The notes beneath the pieces were generated by a model. It had not been told where the DNA came from and searched no databases. It saw only the letters and a list, made by a program, of their open reading frames with translations. From a virus (Duplodnaviria; Caudoviricetes), in IMG/VR virus record IMGVR_UViG_3300030012_003022, positions 1 to 61,556 of that record: DNA of 61,556 nucleotides. One strand, given 5' to 3'. This document shows, piece after piece, positions 57,201-61,556 of the stretch; within the stretch, counting starts at the first letter, position 1; every line of letters starts with the position of its first letter. The translations under genes were made by a program, and so were the position numbers.

Positions 57201-57682
57201 GACTTGTTGAAAATAGACAATATGGAGTAGTCGGTAAGAAAAATGGAGAATTTTTTAGGAAAGAATTTGGTAAAGGCGCAGACGGAAAGGCCGCAGCAGA
57301 AGAGTTTATTGCTAATTTTGCAGGTAATGATGCTTATGATGATATTAATATAACATTTATGCAAGATTATTACAATAATTTACTTAGTGTCCAAGAAGAC
57401 GGAGTAGAAGCATTAATCGCAAATGAAAGACAGTTATACGATAGTATTTTAGAGCAACAAAATGAATTTTCTAATGCAAGAGAAGAATTATTTTTTGGTG
57501 AAAGAGCAAACTTTACAGGTCAAATTTACAAGCAAGTAGTTCAAGGTGGCGTAGAAAGTCTGCTACATAAAGTTGAACTTGTGCAACATAATGTGTTTAA
57601 TGGAATGACCCTTCCCGAAATGGTTGATGCCGTTTCGGATGGAGTAATGAATGAGTTGAGAAGTCAAGGGATAGTGAATTAA
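54206..57682 (+). CDS. Tail tape measure protein
   Basis: 1158 aa, A/Q/E-rich helical; TP901-like core SRAGTGLRMIYQRL; hydrophobic segments. Confidence 0.9.
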   Translation: MAKSGAARVYFDVIGRFSADRILGDTQTAATIQKAILVDTLGGINDSFMETTNQILMGVASMTDAFFEFEQQFVRVRKFYNSESIDEVNRFAEAAVKMGEGFAFTGAEALAASARTAQLKGVLGQQEAVIEAARAGLLMAQIGEMETEEGMNRFIQLAQQTQFLYGGMTKAQYDALDAARQANIVRESSIHTLNQLNTIENSSVATMEDITFVLNQFASQANIAGESIGEMAAMSALLLETGEEVSRAGTGLRMIYQRLGNASNNATQAIAELVDGVDAQGVAQMKLTDVLTAIAPAYANMNSEQKRALAVNIAGSRHYIKFLKLMENQTRLTELQTIAFESQFPAIEEFENKQKSAAFKIDAMNAKLENQRVELGEKLAPAFMSAARAESFFLDRLEDIISAQVRGEEVFLPFVGSVIGLGNAYQKILQPTMDLGLNIMGMVVAFRTLRAIHPKNIEDVKESVKSYQAMREEAILQNSVLKMNKSETLASTQVTLVGLNKVQHSYQMTAIAARKKAQVEKSNLEQDRIALKVKIEAAKIELQSAKGKKQIAAATSKLISLEKQLSEGKRSINHKITANMNLTKQLNAETKFQSILTKGLNQDRHLANEIGARSIKQLQASVKQQRSITGTIQKLNTLRSEEVVLARTLEPVVKQGLMTKQAEIKVSIEEARQREMQLNKQEAIAISNKEETNTIREKILANEQHINQLVEEEIRVSALIVADDQAHMRQKRSIQGNAQEAMSFKNVTEAIKSKEFAQGALNGALLTSMLILPSIVDENKQMSAIMYGMALTTIPMLVKSFRTLQNALKATAREGVVMSGMMSGGLAAAGMLLGGIAAYAGFEIFDSIFGENFETNIDDLETMNSELDRTSQILADLQGAAGATAVNEGLFGSLTYDDLKQDAELTDSTLATLQERIGLINKDIETATTAGDIELVTGLQQQVRRLEVIEGKLLAIDDAQHLVSQGAQEMDEAYAEIFRPRADGFTGVFGDDSLLVRTGLVENRQYGVVGKKNGEFFRKEFGKGADGKAAAEEFIANFAGNDAYDDINITFMQDYYNNLLSVQEDGVEALIANERQLYDSILEQQNEFSNAREELFFGERANFTGQIYKQVVQGGVESLLHKVELVQHNVFNGMTLPEMVDAVSDGVMNELRSQGIVN

Positions 57683-60600
57683 TGAAGACAGTTGGAACAA
57701 AATATAATTATTGGTTGTCCGGATATTACGACGATTTTAACTCTTGTAGATTAGTTGCAGATGATTTAAACCCTGCATCATATAGAGAGTTAGACCATAC
57801 TCTATCCCATCATGGTTCTTCTCTTGGTGATGTATCTTTTATTCCACGATTTATTTACTCTTATTCGGATAGATTACGACAAGAATATTTAGGTAGTCTT
57901 CATACCTCTTATTCAACACAACAAGAATTATATTTAACTTCATTTGCTTCTGTATCGGGAGATAAAATAAAAACAAATGCGGGTTTCCATGAAGCACTTA
58001 CACTAAATCCAAAAGAAGCAGACTCAAATTTATATCAAAATAGAATGCACTTAGAAGTTCCTAATTCTATAATCGCAAATAGACAGAAATACAATGGTGA
58101 AGCAACAGACCATAACTACCTTGCATTTCGCAACGGACATGAAACGGCAGGAATATATTATGTTCCTATGGGTATTATGGATATGTCTTATGGTTCTGCG
58201 CCTGTAAGTTTATACAATATAGAAACAGGAGTAAGCGGTATTGCTCACTCATCTGCCGGAAATCCAACACCGTTTTTTCATAAAGGACTTACTAATACTT
58301 CCGGAAGCCACGATACGCCCGATAAGACATTAGTAATGGCTTCATTTGCTGGTGCTTATTATCATTCGGGATTCGCAAGATTAACTCCTACTGTTGAGTA
58401 TGCAATTACGCAATCGCACGAAATAACAAGTCCTTCCGGACAAAACTTTTTTGTTCATAATGTATTTATTGAACCCGAACAAACTGATTCTGTATCGGGA
58501 ACTCATAGAGTGATTAATTATACAGGTAAGTTGCGATTCAAAGGTATAGGTGAGACATTTAACTTGCGATTAATGTGCGACCCACATACAAACCATACTC
58601 CAAAATATACACTTAAATTAGGTTATCCTAATCCTTATGTAAAAGCAAACAATACTTGGTCTTCTGTAACATCTCTTGTTACAGTTGATATTGATTTATC
58701 ACATTTCTCTTTGAATAAAGCAAAGGGTTCTATTACCAAAGACTCTTATGGTGGTGTTAGTTCAACCGCAGGTATAGGGCAAACAAAAGTAGGAGATTGG
58801 GTTGATATTCAAGTAGTAATGGATTTTGTTACTAATTCATGGAAGGCTTATGCTGATGGTAATACTATTCATTTTGATAATGGTTCTTTTGGAACAACAT
58901 TCAATGCAGCGACTATGGGTAGCCTTAATGGTTGGTCTTTAGATTTGCATTATACAAAAGGTAGTGATGATTACATAAATCATACTACTCTTATTGATAG
59001 AGCAGGTATGGCTCTACCTCTTACAAATAAATTCGATGGAGACCTAAATTCATTACCTCCTGTTCATAAAATGAATATGAGTTTAGGTGCTAATTCTACA
59101 AGCACATGCTCTATTGATATATTAGATGATGATAGCACATTCACTCTTACTCCTCTTACATCTACGGCAGAAGATTGGAGACTATTAGTATTTCAAGAAA
59201 ACGAAGATAGACCTTTATGGTGGGGCTTTATTGAAAACATTACACATAAACAAAATGCTTATGAAAATACTATGACAACAACAATTAGTGCTTCGGATTC
59301 TCTAAGTATATTTGACAGACTTCTTCCTATTTGGGAAGTAGGTCAAGGCGCATTCCAATCCCTTAGCAACCATTTATCCATGTCTCCTTCTACTGCTAAA
59401 AAATACGATGAGACATTTACACTACATCAAAAATTGCACTTTGGTTCTGTTGATTTACAGATGCTTGATTCTCATTTAGGATATTCTAAATTTAATGTTA
59501 GAGGAAATTTTGATGATTATAATGATGTTCCGAATAGCAAAATGAGTTTATACTCCGGAACTGCTATACAGATGTATATTAATGAAGACGAAGATGGCGC
59601 AAACTCCGTTGAAAAAGAGTGGGCTGGTCTAAATGCTGAAAATTGGGGAATGTTTGATATTTACTCTATATATAGACAAACAAATAAATTATTTGTAATT
59701 ATAGAAAGAGATACAAGATTTACTATTGGTGTTGATTCATTCGGATTGACTAATTATCGTAGTTTAGCGGTAACAGAAAGTATGAGGCTTAGAGGAACAT
59801 TAAGTGATGATGGAGACTATGTTATTGCCGGAATAACATATAAACAACATCAAGGAGGAACTGATAACAGGTATGTAGCCTTTGAACTAACATCAACAGG
59901 AACACAAGTTTCCGACAATAGGCTTTGTTCCTTTGGTGATGTTATTCACGAAACATCTTATAGTGATAATGGGGCTTCCTCTAAAGAATTACTAAGATTT
60001 GAAGTAGGCGCACCAAGCCCACACGGTCTAAATATAGGTGATGAATTTGTAGGATTTTCCGGTGTAGACCATCCATTTGCAGGAGAAGTATTTACTGTAA
60101 TAGGAGTTCCCGACGCTACATCAGTTCTTGCTGAAACAAATAAAGCAACGGGTGTTGCTAACTTTACTGCTGCGTCTACTGCACAAGAAATGCAAGTATA
60201 TTCGCAAGCAGATATTAATTCGCATTCTCCTACAAGAAGAGTAATAACTCCTGCCGTTGCTCTTAATTCACCAACTACTAACTTAGGGCAGGTAGGTGGA
60301 CTCGCAACAGTATTAAACAAGATAAAAATAGATAGAGCAGCACATAGAACAATTCATGCTCGTTGGATGCGAGACTTGCCTTTATCTACTTGGTTCAAAG
60401 CACAGTTTGGTATTATAGATGCAGAACCATATACAAGAGCAGGTGTAGGTAGTGTTACAGAACATCCCTTTACTTCAACACAAGCAACGGCAAATGGTTG
60501 GGCTACATCAACAGGTAAAACAAGTGCTAAATTGACTGCTGATATAGCCGCAGGTGCTACTTCAATAACAATTAAAGACCCTGCTATTTGGTATTATGCT

Positions 60601-61556
60601 ACTTTTAATAAATTAGATAATGTAATATTAGACTTAATAGACAATGCAACAGGAGAGCATGATTATGCTATTGGAAGCGTAAGTGGAATACAAAATGAAG
60701 TTTCTATTGATTGGGAAGGAGACGGAACTTGGAATTTTGGAAGCGCGCATGGTCTTGCAGAAGGAGATGTTATAGCAATTCATGGTTTCAAATCAAATGC
60801 TGCATTAAACGGGGTTCACATGGTAAAAGAAATATCTACCTCGACGGGTTCATCATTATCAGCAAATCACATTAAGACATGGAAAATTAATAAATATGTT
60901 CCTACAAGAAACTCTTTTGCGTTTTTACAGGCTAAATATCAACAAGGTTCGGGTTGGAACGATGGAACGGCAAGGCATTATCAAGACCCCGATGCGATTG
61001 ATTGGAGTCTTGAGGCAACCGATAGTAATACTAACTTTACTTGGGATGGCACTTTCCCTGCTGCCGAAACAGGAGGCAAGGCAGCACATGGTATTGTGAC
61101 TATTCTTAATGTAAAAGGAGTAAAAAGAGAATGGAAAATAAATGATACTATCGTAAGTTTGCGAAAAGTAGATGAGTCTAATGGATATAAGCATATATGG
61201 TTGTCTTGGGCTGATATGAGAAACAACGGTATGGCTGATGCAGACGGAGGACATAGAAAAACAAGTTATGGTCTTAATTTACCCACTACAAACTATGAGT
61301 TACTACTTACATTTGCAGACCAATTTGATAATCAAGGACAACCCGATGTATTTACAGACTTAAAAGTAGGCGCAGATGCAGATATTTGGGATATTGATGC
61401 TACTACCGAACCTTATACGGGGCTTGCTTGGTCTGCTCTTAATGGTGCAAGCAACGATGAACCATACGACACAAGATACCACAATTGGCAAAATAAAGGT
61501 GGTGCAATCGCACTTGTTGATGTAAGTCGTTTTTGGAATTTAAACACTATGGCTTG
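57682..61556 (+). CDS. N-terminal part of the giant tail/baseplate protein (runs off the end and continues at position 1)
   Basis: The ATG overlaps the TMP stop. The ORF track omits it, consistent with no stop before the window end. Contains HGL..GD repeat-like modules. Confidence 0.8.
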   Translation, partial: MKTVGTKYNYWLSGYYDDFNSCRLVADDLNPASYRELDHTLSHHGSSLGDVSFIPRFIYSYSDRLRQEYLGSLHTSYSTQQELYLTSFASVSGDKIKTNAGFHEALTLNPKEADSNLYQNRMHLEVPNSIIANRQKYNGEATDHNYLAFRNGHETAGIYYVPMGIMDMSYGSAPVSLYNIETGVSGIAHSSAGNPTPFFHKGLTNTSGSHDTPDKTLVMASFAGAYYHSGFARLTPTVEYAITQSHEITSPSGQNFFVHNVFIEPEQTDSVSGTHRVINYTGKLRFKGIGETFNLRLMCDPHTNHTPKYTLKLGYPNPYVKANNTWSSVTSLVTVDIDLSHFSLNKAKGSITKDSYGGVSSTAGIGQTKVGDWVDIQVVMDFVTNSWKAYADGNTIHFDNGSFGTTFNAATMGSLNGWSLDLHYTKGSDDYINHTTLIDRAGMALPLTNKFDGDLNSLPPVHKMNMSLGANSTSTCSIDILDDDSTFTLTPLTSTAEDWRLLVFQENEDRPLWWGFIENITHKQNAYENTMTTTISASDSLSIFDRLLPIWEVGQGAFQSLSNHLSMSPSTAKKYDETFTLHQKLHFGSVDLQMLDSHLGYSKFNVRGNFDDYNDVPNSKMSLYSGTAIQMYINEDEDGANSVEKEWAGLNAENWGMFDIYSIYRQTNKLFVIIERDTRFTIGVDSFGLTNYRSLAVTESMRLRGTLSDDGDYVIAGITYKQHQGGTDNRYVAFELTSTGTQVSDNRLCSFGDVIHETSYSDNGASSKELLRFEVGAPSPHGLNIGDEFVGFSGVDHPFAGEVFTVIGVPDATSVLAETNKATGVANFTAASTAQEMQVYSQADINSHSPTRRVITPAVALNSPTTNLGQVGGLATVLNKIKIDRAAHRTIHARWMRDLPLSTWFKAQFGIIDAEPYTRAGVGSVTEHPFTSTQATANGWATSTGKTSAKLTADIAAGATSITIKDPAIWYYATFNKLDNVILDLIDNATGEHDYAIGSVSGIQNEVSIDWEGDGTWNFGSAHGLAEGDVIAIHGFKSNAALNGVHMVKEISTSTGSSLSANHIKTWKINKYVPTRNSFAFLQAKYQQGSGWNDGTARHYQDPDAIDWSLEATDSNTNFTWDGTFPAAETGGKAAHGIVTILNVKGVKREWKINDTIVSLRKVDESNGYKHIWLSWADMRNNGMADADGGHRKTSYGLNLPTTNYELLLTFADQFDNQGQPDVFTDLKVGADADIWDIDATTEPYTGLAWSALNGASNDEPYDTRYHNWQNKGGAIALVDVSRFWNLNTMA

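Noticed and set aside
654-61254. Numerous 60-170 aa ORFs antisense to, or nested in, long genes
   Set aside because: These are shadow ORFs with no SD or motif support, and they oppose the operon direction.
1-61556. tRNA, rRNA, integrase, reverse transcriptase/DGR, intein, tail sheath
   Set aside because: No supporting motifs were seen by eye, and PolB, TerL and MCM lengths leave no room for inteins. tRNAscan and cmsearch were not run.

Overview
The window looks like a complete, circularly permuted genome (about 61.55 kb) of a tailed dsDNA archaeal virus. The last 7 nt (TGGCTTG) repeat the first 7 nt, and the ORF that runs off the right end continues in frame into the ORF at the left end. The minus strand (3.5-39.6 kb) carries an archaeal-type replication module: PolB, a fused PriS-PriL primase, an MCM-like helicase, RFC-S, a probable clamp, an SSB, a RecA-like ATPase, and ERCC4 and Cas4-like nucleases. 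It also carries a DNA MTase, a dNMP kinase, many small early genes, a MoxR/VWA-like pair, TerL and a metallophosphoesterase. The plus strand (40 kb, wrapping to 3.4 kb) carries siphovirus-type morphogenesis genes. This gene content resembles magroviruses of Marine Group II Poseidoniales (inference; no database search was run). The most unusual signals are: (1) a ~4 kb putative leading/terminal region (32.6-36.7 kb) packed with perfect hairpins whose stems vary but whose loops are conserved (C-GNA-G, C-TAAA/TTTA-G), interleaved with purine-pyrimidine alternating tracts and surrounding an acidic orphan gene; (2) a ~140 bp AT-rich element present twice in inverted orientation 18 kb apart (candidate origins); (3) a candidate TATA-driven small RNA with an anti-Shine-Dalgarno loop; (4) apparent genome-wide avoidance of YCWGR, GATC, AGCT and CTAG; (5) a PolB with altered active-site motifs; (6) a prohead protease fused to several cargo domains; (7) a -1 frameshift in the tail chaperone genes. 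All product calls rest on motifs recognised by eye.
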